From Bacillus subtilis subsp. subtilis str. 168 (GTDB taxonomy: Bacteria; Bacillota; Bacilli; Bacillales; Bacillaceae): a DNA stretch of 32,000 nucleotides. Position numbers and translations under genes: made by a program. The stretch is taken from the NCBI RefSeq assembly GCF_000009045.1, contig NC_000964.3, forward strand, positions 3,840,001-3,872,000, given 5' to 3'. Below are positions 24,303 to 32,000 of this stretch, piece by piece (position 1 is the stretch's first letter; each line of letters opens with the position of its first letter). The notes under the pieces are model-generated. The model ran no database searches. It saw nothing but the letters and a program-made list of their open reading frames with translations, and was not told the DNA's origin.

Positions 24303-24331
24303 ATTATATCATTTCAGCAGCTGTGATTGAT
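24303..24331 (-). promoter_or_regulatory. Candidate internal promoter for lipL overlapping the cysL stop codon
   Basis: On the minus strand the extended -10 is TGATATAAT, in which TGA (24311-24309) is the cysL stop and TATAAT is 24308-24303. The -35 (ATCAAT) is weak. Confidence 0.3.
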
Positions 24332-25208
24332 AATTGCTTTTCAGCATCGTAATAAAAATTTCTTTATTTTTTGTATTCTCCATGAGAGGAGAATGAATGT
24401 AAGACAGCTTGCGCTTTAACGAGAAATTATTAATATGCAGAATTGAAATTTCGCGGTGGATCAAATCCTTACGCAGCACGCTTCTGGATAGAACCGAAAG
24501 TCCCATGCCGTTAATCACCGCTTCCTTTACACCTTGATTGCTGCTGATGGTAAACATTGATTTCGGCCGAAGTCCATTTGAACTGAGTACATGATCGAGA
24601 TATTCTCTCGTCCCGGAGCCTTTCTCTCTTGTCACCCACGCTTCGTTCTGCAAATCGCTGATCGAAATCTCTTTCCGCCCGGCGAGCGGATGCTGATTTG
24701 GAGCGGCAATGCACATTTCATCCTCCATGAACGGTTCAATTTCCAGCTCATTCTCGTTTGTATGTCCTTCAATCAGCCCGATATCAGCCTGAAGCATCCG
24801 CACACGCTCGCTGACCTCCTCTGTATTGCCAATCATGACATCTAGATTCAGCTCTGGATACAGCTTTTGCAGCTGGGCCAATAGCGGCGGAAGAATATAC
24901 TCACCGATTGTAAAGCTTGCAGCTATTTTCAATTCACCCTTCACATAGTGATGATGCGCATAGATTTCAGCCTTGGCTTGTTCGTAGAGAAACACCATTT
25001 GCTTTGCTCTTTGATATAAAATGTCTCCTGTCGGCGTTGTCGTAAAGTGTTTTGGCGACCTGTTCAGAAGAGCCGTTTGAAATTCTTTCTCAAGATTTTT
25101 GATATGCAGACTGACGCTGGGCTGGGAGATCATCAGCTTTTCCGCCGCTTTTGTGAAGTTTTTTTCTTCTACCACCGCTATAAACGTTTTCAGCACGTCG
25201 TAATACAA
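24309..25208 (-). CDS. cysL: CysL, LysR-type transcriptional regulator
   Basis: N-terminal HTH FTKAAEKLMISQPSVSLHIKNLE plus a LysR substrate-binding domain. The start is chosen at TTG 25208 (299 aa), 8 nt after the AGGGG of AGGGGTGGGG. The ORF-track ATG at 25226 has no SD. Confidence 0.88.
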   Translation of the reverse strand: MYYDVLKTFIAVVEEKNFTKAAEKLMISQPSVSLHIKNLEKEFQTALLNRSPKHFTTTPTGDILYQRAKQMVFLYEQAKAEIYAHHHYVKGELKIAASFTIGEYILPPLLAQLQKLYPELNLDVMIGNTEEVSERVRMLQADIGLIEGHTNENELEIEPFMEDEMCIAAPNQHPLAGRKEISISDLQNEAWVTREKGSGTREYLDHVLSSNGLRPKSMFTISSNQGVKEAVINGMGLSVLSRSVLRKDLIHREISILHINNFSLKRKLSYIHSPLMENTKNKEIFITMLKSNYQSQLLK

Positions 25209-25259
25209 AAACCCCACCCCTGTCATTAATGAAATATATGGTTATGATTAGTTTTCTTT

Positions 25260-25288
25260 ATTGTACTCATATCATCCGTCTTGGTAAA
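25260..25288 (-). promoter_or_regulatory. Candidate sigmaA promoter of cysL
   Basis: On the minus strand: TTTACC (25288-25283), a 17-nt spacer, then TACAAT (25265-25260). Confidence 0.45.
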
Positions 25289-25308
25289 GAAGGGCTATAC
25301 AGAAGCGC

Positions 25309-25338
25309 AAAAAAGGCAGCCCTCGGTCGAGAGCTGCC
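25309..25338 (-). terminator. Rho-independent terminator of pta
   Basis: Stem GGCAGC/GCTGCC (25315-25320 / 25333-25338) with additional inner pairs. On the minus strand it is followed by U6 (A-run 25309-25314), 17 nt after the pta stop. Confidence 0.65.
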
Positions 25339-25354
25339 ATTGTCTTCAATTTTA

Positions 25355-26326
25355 TTACAGTGCTTGCGCCGCTGTAATTAATGCGAGATTGTAAACATCT
25401 TCAGCGTTACATCCTCTTGAAAGGTCGTTTACAGGCATATTTAAACCTTGCAGGATTGGTCCTACCGCTTCAAAGTTGCCCAAACGCTGAGCGATTTTAT
25501 AGCCGATGTTTCCTGCTTCAAGACTTGGGAATACGAATACGTTAGCGTCCCCTTTGATCTCGGAATCCGGCGCTTTTTTCTCAGCTACAGATGGAACAAA
25601 TGCAGCATCAAATTGGAATTCGCCGTCAAGTGTCAGTTCAGGCGCTTTTTCTTTCGCGATTTTCACTGCATCCGCTACTTTTTCTGTTTCATCAGATTTT
25701 GCTGAGCCTTTTGTAGAGAAGCTGAGCATTGCCACGCGAGGCTCAATGTCGAACATTTTTGCCGTATTGGCACTTTCGATCGCAATCTCGGCAAGATCTT
25801 GGCTGTCAGGTGCAATGTTGATCGCGCAATCTGCGAATACGTATTGCTCTTCTCCGCGAGCCATGATGAACACGCCTGAAGTCTTTTTCACGCCTTCTTT
25901 TGTTTTGATGATTTGAAGAGCCGGGCGGACAGTGTCAGCAGTTGAGTGAGCAGCTCCGCTTACAAGTCCGTCTGCAAGTCCTTTATACACCAGCATTGTA
26001 CCGAAGTAGTTCTCGTCTAATAATGCTTTACGAGCCTGTTCTTCAGTCGCTTTGCCTTTGCGGCGTTCTACGAATGCTTGTACAAGGTCTTCCATGCCTT
26101 CATATGTATGAGGATCATAAATCTTAACGCCGCCCAGCGTAAGGTTCAATTCTTTTGCTTTTGCTTGGATCTCATTTTCATTGCCGATCACAATCGGATT
26201 CAGCACTTTGTTTCCTGCAAGCTTGCTGACCGCTTCTAAAATACGCTCGTCTAAGCCTTCAGGAAATACAATTTTAACGTCTTTTCCAGCTACTTTTTCT
26301 TGCACTGTTGAAAATAAATCTGCCAC
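25355..26326 (-). CDS. pta: Phosphate acetyltransferase
   Basis: 323-aa ORF with a GTG start after SD GAGGAGG. It contains conserved Pta blocks (GLVSGAAHSTADTVRPALQIIKT; GNIGYKIAQRLG; NDLSRG). Recognised as Pta. Confidence 0.95.
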   Translation of the reverse strand: MADLFSTVQEKVAGKDVKIVFPEGLDERILEAVSKLAGNKVLNPIVIGNENEIQAKAKELNLTLGGVKIYDPHTYEGMEDLVQAFVERRKGKATEEQARKALLDENYFGTMLVYKGLADGLVSGAAHSTADTVRPALQIIKTKEGVKKTSGVFIMARGEEQYVFADCAINIAPDSQDLAEIAIESANTAKMFDIEPRVAMLSFSTKGSAKSDETEKVADAVKIAKEKAPELTLDGEFQFDAAFVPSVAEKKAPDSEIKGDANVFVFPSLEAGNIGYKIAQRLGNFEAVGPILQGLNMPVNDLSRGCNAEDVYNLALITAAQAL

Positions 26327-26411
26327 AATAAAACCTCCTCAAAAAGTTACAAAAACGCTTTCTTTTACTAGCATACTCTTCTTCCAATCAAATTCAAACA
26401 GCCAACTTTCA

Positions 26412-26425
26412 TTATAGCGCTTTCA
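26412..26425 (-). promoter_or_regulatory. Catabolite-responsive element (cre, CcpA site) upstream of pta
   Basis: On the minus strand, TGAAAGCGCTATAA matches the cre consensus TGWAANCGNTNWCA at all but one defined position. It lies about 90 nt upstream of the pta start. pta is known to be CcpA-activated through an upstream cre. Confidence 0.55.
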
Positions 26426-26595
26426 TAAAAAAATCTTATTTTTCTAACTAATTTAAGTGACTCAATCTTCCCTTATAGGTTCTTCTATTTTGATGGAGTT
26501 ATACGGAAGGGATGTTCAAGGTTTCTCCACAGTAGAATCGGATAAACTATGGTATAGTGAAGGCAATCATGAAAAGATAATGGGAGTGAAGATAA

Positions 26596-27360
26596 ATGAG
26601 TGAACAGCAAATGACGAATGAAGCGGCAAAAACGCTTGACGGCTGGTATGCGCTTCATGATTTCCGCACAATGGATTGGGCTTCCTGGAAGCTTCTGTCC
26701 AGTGATGAGCGCCAATCTATCATACATGAATTCACCGGGTTGCTTGAAAAATGGGGCGTAGCCCAAAAAGAAGGAAAAGGATCGCAAACTCTTTACAGCA
26801 TCGTCGGCCAAAAAGCTGATTTTATGCTGATGATCCTTCGTCCTACAATGGAAGAATTAAATCAAATTGAGCTTGAATTCAACAAATCAAGACTTGCTGA
26901 GTTCACCATTCCGGCATACTCCTACGTATCAGTGGTAGAGCTGAGCAACTACTTGGCAAGCGGTGACGGCGATCCTTATGAAAATCCGCATGTGCGCGCT
27001 CGCCTTTACCCTGAACTGCCGGAATCTAAATATGTATGCTTCTATCCAATGGATAAAAGAAGATCTGGCAACGACAACTGGTATATGCTTTCAATGGAAG
27101 AACGCAGAAACTTGATGAGAAGCCACGGTTTAATCGGCCGCAGCTATGCGGGCAAAGTCAAACAGATCATCACCGGCTCTGTCGGCTTTGACGATTACGA
27201 GTGGGGCGTTACATTATTTAGCGATGATGTCCTTCAATTCAAGAAGCTAGTGTACGAAATGCGTTTTGACGAAGTCAGCGCTCGCTATGGCGAATTTGGT
27301 TCATTCTTTGTCGGCAATCACCTTTCGCTTGATACACTTCCTCAATTCTTATATGTATAA
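26596..27360 (+). CDS. hemQ: Coproheme decarboxylase (chlorite-dismutase-like HemQ/ChdC)
   Basis: 254-aa ORF with SD GGGAGTG 8 nt upstream. The N-terminus [24 protein letters not shown] is recognised as HemQ (YwfI). Confidence 0.95.
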   Translation: MSEQQMTNEAAKTLDGWYALHDFRTMDWASWKLLSSDERQSIIHEFTGLLEKWGVAQKEGKGSQTLYSIVGQKADFMLMILRPTMEELNQIELEFNKSRLAEFTIPAYSYVSVVELSNYLASGDGDPYENPHVRARLYPELPESKYVCFYPMDKRRSGNDNWYMLSMEERRNLMRSHGLIGRSYAGKVKQIITGSVGFDDYEWGVTLFSDDVLQFKKLVYEMRFDEVSARYGEFGSFFVGNHLSLDTLPQFLYV

Positions 27361-27366
27361 TATCCC

Positions 27367-27393
27367 CTCCCGCCCTATCCGGCGGGAGTTTTT
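27367..27393 (+). terminator. Rho-independent terminator of hemQ
   Basis: Stem CTCCCGCC/GGCGGGAG (27367-27374 / 27381-27388) with a 6-nt loop, followed by T5. Confidence 0.8.
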
Positions 27394-27424
27394 CAATTCT
27401 CCTTTATCAGAATTTAAATAAAAT

Positions 27425-27453
27425 TTGCTATTTTCTTCGTTTTTTCTTACGAT
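27425..27453 (+). promoter_or_regulatory. Candidate sigmaA promoter of bacG
   Basis: TTGCTA (27425-27430), a 17-nt spacer, then TACGAT (27448-27453), 40 nt upstream of the TTG start. Confidence 0.4.
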
Positions 27454-27492
27454 GTAGATAATAATCCATTTTTTTCAAAGGGGTGCAGTTAT

Positions 27493-28272
27493 TTGTCAAA
27501 ACGAACCGCATTTGTTATGGGAGCCAGTCAAGGGATCGGGAAAGCAATCGCTCTGAAATTAGCAGACCAGCACTTTTCCCTCGTCATTAATTCGCGAAAT
27601 TTGGATAATATTGAATCTGTCAAAGAAGACATTTTGGCCAAGCATCCTGAGGCGAGCGTCATTGTCCTTGCGGGCGATATGTCTGACCAGCATACGAGAG
27701 CGGGCATTTTTCAGAAAATCGAATCTCAATGCGGACGGCTTGATGTTCTGATTAATAATATCCCGGGCGGCGCGCCTGACACATTTGATAACTGCAATAT
27801 AGAGGATATGACGGCCACGTTCACTCAAAAGACCGTTGCCTATATTGACGCAATCAAGCGTGCTTCCTCACTGATGAAACAAAACGAGTTTGGCAGAATC
27901 ATCAACATTGTCGGAAATCTGTGGAAAGAACCCGGCGCCAACATGTTCACAAACAGTATGATGAATGCCGCTTTAATTAACGCCAGTAAAAATATTTCCA
28001 TCCAGCTTGCTCCTCACAACATTACTGTCAACTGTCTGAATCCTGGTTTTATCGCTACAGACCGTTATCATCAATTTGTGGAAAATGTGATGAAAAAGAA
28101 CAGCATATCCAAACAGAAAGCAGAAGAACAGATTGCTTCCGGGATTCCGATGAAACGGGTCGGATCAGCCGAAGAAACCGCAGCGCTCGCCGCATTTCTT
28201 GCCTCTGAGGAAGCCTCCTACATCACGGGACAGCAAATTTCCGCTGACGGCGGCAGCATGAAAAGCATATAA
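27493..28272 (+). CDS. bacG: BacG (YwfH), SDR-family NADPH-dependent reductase of bacilysin biosynthesis
   Basis: 259-aa ORF with a TTG start after SD AAAGGGGTG and the Rossmann motif GASQGIGKAIA. Recognised as YwfH/BacG, convergent with bacF. Confidence 0.9.
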   Translation: MSKRTAFVMGASQGIGKAIALKLADQHFSLVINSRNLDNIESVKEDILAKHPEASVIVLAGDMSDQHTRAGIFQKIESQCGRLDVLINNIPGGAPDTFDNCNIEDMTATFTQKTVAYIDAIKRASSLMKQNEFGRIINIVGNLWKEPGANMFTNSMMNAALINASKNISIQLAPHNITVNCLNPGFIATDRYHQFVENVMKKNSISKQKAEEQIASGIPMKRVGSAEETAALAAFLASEEASYITGQQISADGGSMKSI

Positions 28273-28300
28273 AAACATCCCGCTTTTTAGCGGGATGTTT
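28273..28300. terminator. Bidirectional terminator shared by bacG (+) and the bac operon (-)
   Basis: Stem AAACATCCCGC/GCGGGATGTTT (28273-28283 / 28290-28300) with loop TTTTTA. The bacF stop codon (28287-28289) lies in the loop. Confidence 0.8.
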
Positions 28301-29486
28301 CTTGTAATGACCCGAACGGCAGGTTCAGCTTTTGAATCCGCGTGACAAATTCCCGCAGATCCTCCTGCTTCGACACCATTGAGATTCTGACATGCCTTTT
28401 TCCGTTGCTTCCAAAAATTTCGCCCGGTGTGACTACGACATGGGCATGCTCCAGCAAGTAATCGGAAAATTGGTGAGATGTCTCAAACGTATTCGGAATT
28501 TCAGCCCATACGTAAAAGGTTCCTTTTGGCTTTTCCATCTTCCAGCCCAGTTCCTTTTCACAAAGCGCCGTAAAAAAGTCAATTCGTTCCTTATAAATTC
28601 GTTTCAACGATTCCGTATGCTCCGGATCTCCAGAAAGCGCCGCACTCGCTGCCTGCTGCAGCCCGCCGAACATGCCGACAAATACATGATCCTGAAATTC
28701 ATTGACGGCCTGAATGATTTTTTCGTTCCCAACCGCAAACGCCATTCTCCAGCCGGCCATGTTAAATGTTTTTGAAAATGAATAAAGCTCTGCTCCGACA
28801 GTTTTGGCATCCTCTGCCTCAAGAAAGCTGGCCGGTTTTTGATCGAATTCAAACGCCCCGTATGCAAAATCATGAATCAAATGGATGTTATGCTCTTTCG
28901 CAAAAGCAGCAGCTTTTGCATAAAAAGCCGCATCAGCCACAGCTCCAGTGGGGTTGTTCGGATAGTTTAAAAACATAAGCTTCGCTTTTTCCAGCACGGC
29001 TGGATCAATCTTTTCAAAATCCGGCAGATAGCCATTTTCTTCATACAGCGGCATTTCGTAAAGCTCAGCTCGCGCCATCGTAATCCCTGATAAATATTCA
29101 GGATAGCCTGGATTCGGGACTAAAGCGATGTCTCCCGGATTGAGCAGGCATTGTGTCAGCACATACAATCCGGCTTTCCCGCCTCCGAAAAGCGCGACTT
29201 CCGTTTCAGGATTGATTGTCACTCCGTATTCCCTTTTATAGAAAGCGGCGATCGCTTCCTTTAAAAAAGGATAGCCCCTGAAAGGGCCGTATCCATGAAA
29301 CGAAGGATTCAGAGAAGCCTCCCGCAAAGCCTCGACAATATGCGGCGGAGTGGGAAGGTCAGGGTTCCCCTGTCCGAGATTAATGATATGGGCTCCCGTT
29401 TTTTCCATTTCCTTTACCTTTTGAAAAACGAGAGAAAACTCCTGCCTTGGAAGTGTCTTGATGACATCGGACGGTGTTATTTCCAT
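28287..29486 (-). CDS. bacF: BacF (YwfG), class I/II PLP-dependent aminotransferase of bacilysin biosynthesis
   Basis: 399-aa ORF with the PLP-lysine block YSFSKTFNMAGWR. Its ATG directly abuts the bacE stop (TAGATG). Confidence 0.9.
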   Translation of the reverse strand: MEITPSDVIKTLPRQEFSLVFQKVKEMEKTGAHIINLGQGNPDLPTPPHIVEALREASLNPSFHGYGPFRGYPFLKEAIAAFYKREYGVTINPETEVALFGGGKAGLYVLTQCLLNPGDIALVPNPGYPEYLSGITMARAELYEMPLYEENGYLPDFEKIDPAVLEKAKLMFLNYPNNPTGAVADAAFYAKAAAFAKEHNIHLIHDFAYGAFEFDQKPASFLEAEDAKTVGAELYSFSKTFNMAGWRMAFAVGNEKIIQAVNEFQDHVFVGMFGGLQQAASAALSGDPEHTESLKRIYKERIDFFTALCEKELGWKMEKPKGTFYVWAEIPNTFETSHQFSDYLLEHAHVVVTPGEIFGSNGKRHVRISMVSKQEDLREFVTRIQKLNLPFGSLQETSR

Positions 29487-30671
29487 CTAAAAGACTCCTT
29501 TTTGCTCCGTTTTGTTATCCCGTTCCAAAAACGATTTGTTGACGAGCTTCGTATGCAAAAACAAACCGCATACGATCACGACAATCAGCCCCATAATGAC
29601 CGGAGCGCTTAGGATGTTAATGAACATTGAACCAATAGAAATGCATAATCCGATAGACGCTTCGGCCACTGAAAAAATGCGCCCTTGAATCTGGTTTGCC
29701 GCATTTTCCTGAACCTTCACTTTTGCAAGCACTTCCCCGTATTCCATCGCGATGAAAAAGAGGATCGCCGCGATGACAGAAACAGCGAATATCGGTGTGA
29801 ATAAAAACAGCGCCAGCGAGACAATGGATAAAACGGTAAAGTACGTCAGGCCTCTATTGTTGTTAAAGCCCCATTTGCTGACAAGCGCCGCTCCGATAAA
29901 GCCGCCGAAGCCGATGCAGAACGTGAGAATAAAGTTGCCGATTTCCCCGTCACCCAGAAAGCGGCTGACAATCGGAAAATAGCTGTACACAACTCCCCAC
30001 AGCAAAGCCATTGTAATCATCGTAAACATGGCGTTTAATACGAATGAATTGGTTTTGATTTCCTTGAGTCCTTCCTTAAAAGACTGAAAGGCCTCTTTAA
30101 TGTTTTCAGATTGAATCGGCACAAATTGCAGCTTGATGCGGCTGATAAAAAATGCCGAAACCAAGTATGTCACACCGTTAAAGGCAACAGCCAGCTCTAC
30201 AGATCCGCCTAACAGAAAGAGCCCTCCGGCAGCCGCCCCGACGATAATGGAGATGGTTGTCGCTTTTGCAAATAACGTGTTGATGCTTTTAATATCTGAT
30301 TCCAAGGACGACATGACAGCGAGACGGGCGGGATTAAAAAACACGCCGCTTCCATAAGTAATAAACAGCAGGGCCAGAAAAATCAGCGGATACTCGCCTT
30401 TTGGAAGAAATGTGAGCCCCAAAAAGATGATGCCTCTGATGATATCCGTCCACAGCATGATCTTAATTCTGTCTAACCGGTCGACCAGAACACCCAAAAA
30501 CGGCTGAAACACCATCGGAATGCTTCTGACCACGATGACCCCGGACGTCACCCAATAATCGTGATAATATGTAGACAAAATGAGCAGGGCAGGGAGAACA
30601 CAATAGTCTCCCATGAACGATAGCGCCTGCCCGTAAAGCAAGTATTTAGAGTTGGGTTTCAGCTGTTTCAT
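29487..30671 (-). CDS. bacE: BacE (YwfF), MFS efflux protein (bacilysin export / self-protection)
   Basis: 394-aa polytopic ORF whose ATG overlaps the bacD stop (ATGA at 30668-30671). Recognised as BacE. Confidence 0.9.
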   Translation of the reverse strand: MKQLKPNSKYLLYGQALSFMGDYCVLPALLILSTYYHDYWVTSGVIVVRSIPMVFQPFLGVLVDRLDRIKIMLWTDIIRGIIFLGLTFLPKGEYPLIFLALLFITYGSGVFFNPARLAVMSSLESDIKSINTLFAKATTISIIVGAAAGGLFLLGGSVELAVAFNGVTYLVSAFFISRIKLQFVPIQSENIKEAFQSFKEGLKEIKTNSFVLNAMFTMITMALLWGVVYSYFPIVSRFLGDGEIGNFILTFCIGFGGFIGAALVSKWGFNNNRGLTYFTVLSIVSLALFLFTPIFAVSVIAAILFFIAMEYGEVLAKVKVQENAANQIQGRIFSVAEASIGLCISIGSMFINILSAPVIMGLIVVIVCGLFLHTKLVNKSFLERDNKTEQKGVF

Positions 30672-32000
30672 ACTGGCAGCACATACTTTGCCGTCAGCTT
30701 CGCATGCTGCTGAATTTGTCTGATTGATTCAGCCACATCCTGTGAATTACTGCCTTTCAGTTCAAATGCAGCAATGGAATTGAAAGCTTCAAACAATGTC
30801 AAATCAACTGAAGTGCCTGGTGCTGCGGCCGAAAAAGAAACGATTTCAGTATCCCCTTTTAAAAGCCCGTCCGGAATATCGATCGCTTCAATGACCAAAT
30901 CCTCAGCAGTTTCAGGAATTTGGCCATTTTGTTTGAAATGCTGCGGGTACAAATGGCAGTCGGCAACATAATAAGGCTCTTGATCCAATAATCCGTCCGG
31001 CAGATCGGCGTCTTTTCCGAAACAGAGGACATCTAATAATAATTGCGCCATATCAAGGCCAAAGACCTTTTTAATATTGGGGATCATATTCCAGCCGGCA
31101 AATCTGGCTGCCGACTCTATTAAACCCGGTTCTCTGTTTTTCATTAGCTTGATCTCTGTATGTGTTGCGCAATTTTGCAGTCCAAGCCCTTCATTTGCCT
31201 TTTTGGCAGCTTCGACAATTTTCTTTTTTGCCTCTTCATCCAGAATGGACGGCGTAATGTGGGATGTCTCTGTAAACCCGATTTGCGGCGTTTTATCATG
31301 AATGGCGATCGGGAAATACTCACCGTCAGCCATGATGCCTTCTATACTGATATAGTCGGAGTACCCTTCTGTTTGATACCAGTCTCCGTACTCACCCTGT
31401 AAAAATTCTTCAGCGATAAACGGCGCTTCAAACGTAACCGCCTTTGGCACGTTAATTGATTTCAGATAGTCATTGACTCTGTTAAATTCATCTTCTGCCG
31501 TCTCAGTGTCCGTAATCAGCGTTACACCGATAGAACTCGCTAAGTATGTAGGCTTTAAGATAAGAGGTGTGCCGATCTCTTCAAGAGCAGCACGGAAATC
31601 TTCAAGAGTTGTGACTCGTTTGTTTTTGATCGATTTGACTCCGGCCTTATTAAAAGCGTCCCTCATTTTATTTTTATCTCTGGCATTTTCGGCTGCCTGC
31701 ACGCCGGCACCTCTCAAGCCCAGACGTTCACAGGCTTTCGCCATCGGAGCAATGAATAATTCATTGTTTGTTGTGATGGCATCCGCCCCAAACATTTCGG
31801 CAACCTTGACGATTTGCTCGACGACCTCTTCCTCAGGCTTGTTATGATCTTCATGCGCCCAATAAATGGAATCAGGGTGTTCAAAATCAGCTAAACTCTT
31901 AAAATAGTCTTTATCTTTTATGACCGCGACCGAGTATTTTTCAATCAATGCTGCATGGGAGGCTGTAATTGCAAAAGGTCTTGGAATAAAGCTGACCAGG
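30668..32000 (-). CDS. bacD: BacD (YwfE), ATP-grasp L-amino-acid ligase; 5' end lies beyond the window
   Basis: The frame stays open to nt 32000 (…LVSFIPRPFAITASHAALIEKY…). The ORF-track M at 31948 is an internal TTG. An ATP-grasp fold block is present (TPLILKPTYLASSIGV). Recognised as BacD, about 29 N-terminal codons short. Confidence 0.9.
   Translation of the reverse strand, partial: LVSFIPRPFAITASHAALIEKYSVAVIKDKDYFKSLADFEHPDSIYWAHEDHNKPEEEVVEQIVKVAEMFGADAITTNNELFIAPMAKACERLGLRGAGVQAAENARDKNKMRDAFNKAGVKSIKNKRVTTLEDFRAALEEIGTPLILKPTYLASSIGVTLITDTETAEDEFNRVNDYLKSINVPKAVTFEAPFIAEEFLQGEYGDWYQTEGYSDYISIEGIMADGEYFPIAIHDKTPQIGFTETSHITPSILDEEAKKKIVEAAKKANEGLGLQNCATHTEIKLMKNREPGLIESAARFAGWNMIPNIKKVFGLDMAQLLLDVLCFGKDADLPDGLLDQEPYYVADCHLYPQHFKQNGQIPETAEDLVIEAIDIPDGLLKGDTEIVSFSAAAPGTSVDLTLFEAFNSIAAFELKGSNSQDVAESIRQIQQHAKLTAKYVLPV

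Noticed and set aside
23851-24330. 159-aa plus-strand ORF antisense to lipL/cysL, with similar long antisense ORFs in pta (25506-25916), albG (2321-2725), bacD (31473-31847), ywfO (20132-20506) and bacF (28392-28775)
   Set aside because: All are nested antisense to genes with clear family motifs. They lack SD sequences and have Ser/Arg/Pro-rich shadow-frame composition.
1-32000. Whole-window reading as a mobile defence or prophage island
   Set aside because: I see no integrase, recombinase, transposase, tRNA attachment site, phage structural gene, restriction-modification system, Cas protein or other defence hallmark. Gene content and order match a known chromosomal region. Only rapF-phrF, and possibly ywhKL and sbo-alb, look accessory by composition.

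Overview
I recognise this window as a Bacillus subtilis 168-type chromosomal segment, from gene order, protein sequences and motifs read by eye; no search was run. Gene order: albE' (5'-truncated)-albF-albG (end of the sbo-alb subtilosin operon) | ywhL<-ywhK | rapF-phrF | ywhH | speB<-speE | pbpG | ywhD<-ywhC | ywhB | ywhA | thrZ preceded by three tandem threonine T-box leaders | mmr<-ywgB | ywgA<-ywfO | ywzC | rsfA | ywfM | lipL<-cysL | pta | hemQ(chdC) | bacG | bacF<-bacE<-bacD' (3' part of the bacilysin operon, bacD cut by the window end). That gives 31 protein-coding genes, including the 39-codon phrF, which the ORF track misses. Several ORF-track N-termini look over-extended (thrZ, mmr, ywhA, ywfO, ywgB, cysL) when judged by Shine-Dalgarno (SD) placement. 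I found no rRNA, tRNA, CRISPR array, transposase, integrase or prophage hallmark. Most of the window is well-characterised biology. The parts most worth a second look are: (1) ywhK-ywhL, tandem leaderless paralogues with a Cys-motif N-domain and a seven-bladed YVTN-like propeller, function unknown; (2) ywfO-ywgA, a SAMHD1-like HD phosphohydrolase co-transcribed with a small protein whose N-terminus looks like a Panacea/SocA-type domain; (3) a 35-bp near-perfect palindrome over the ywgB-mmr promoter, a likely Rrf2 operator; (4) the triple T-box leader of thrZ, whose first two units are about 99% identical. None of these is a demonstrated new system. They are hypotheses, each given with an explicit test.
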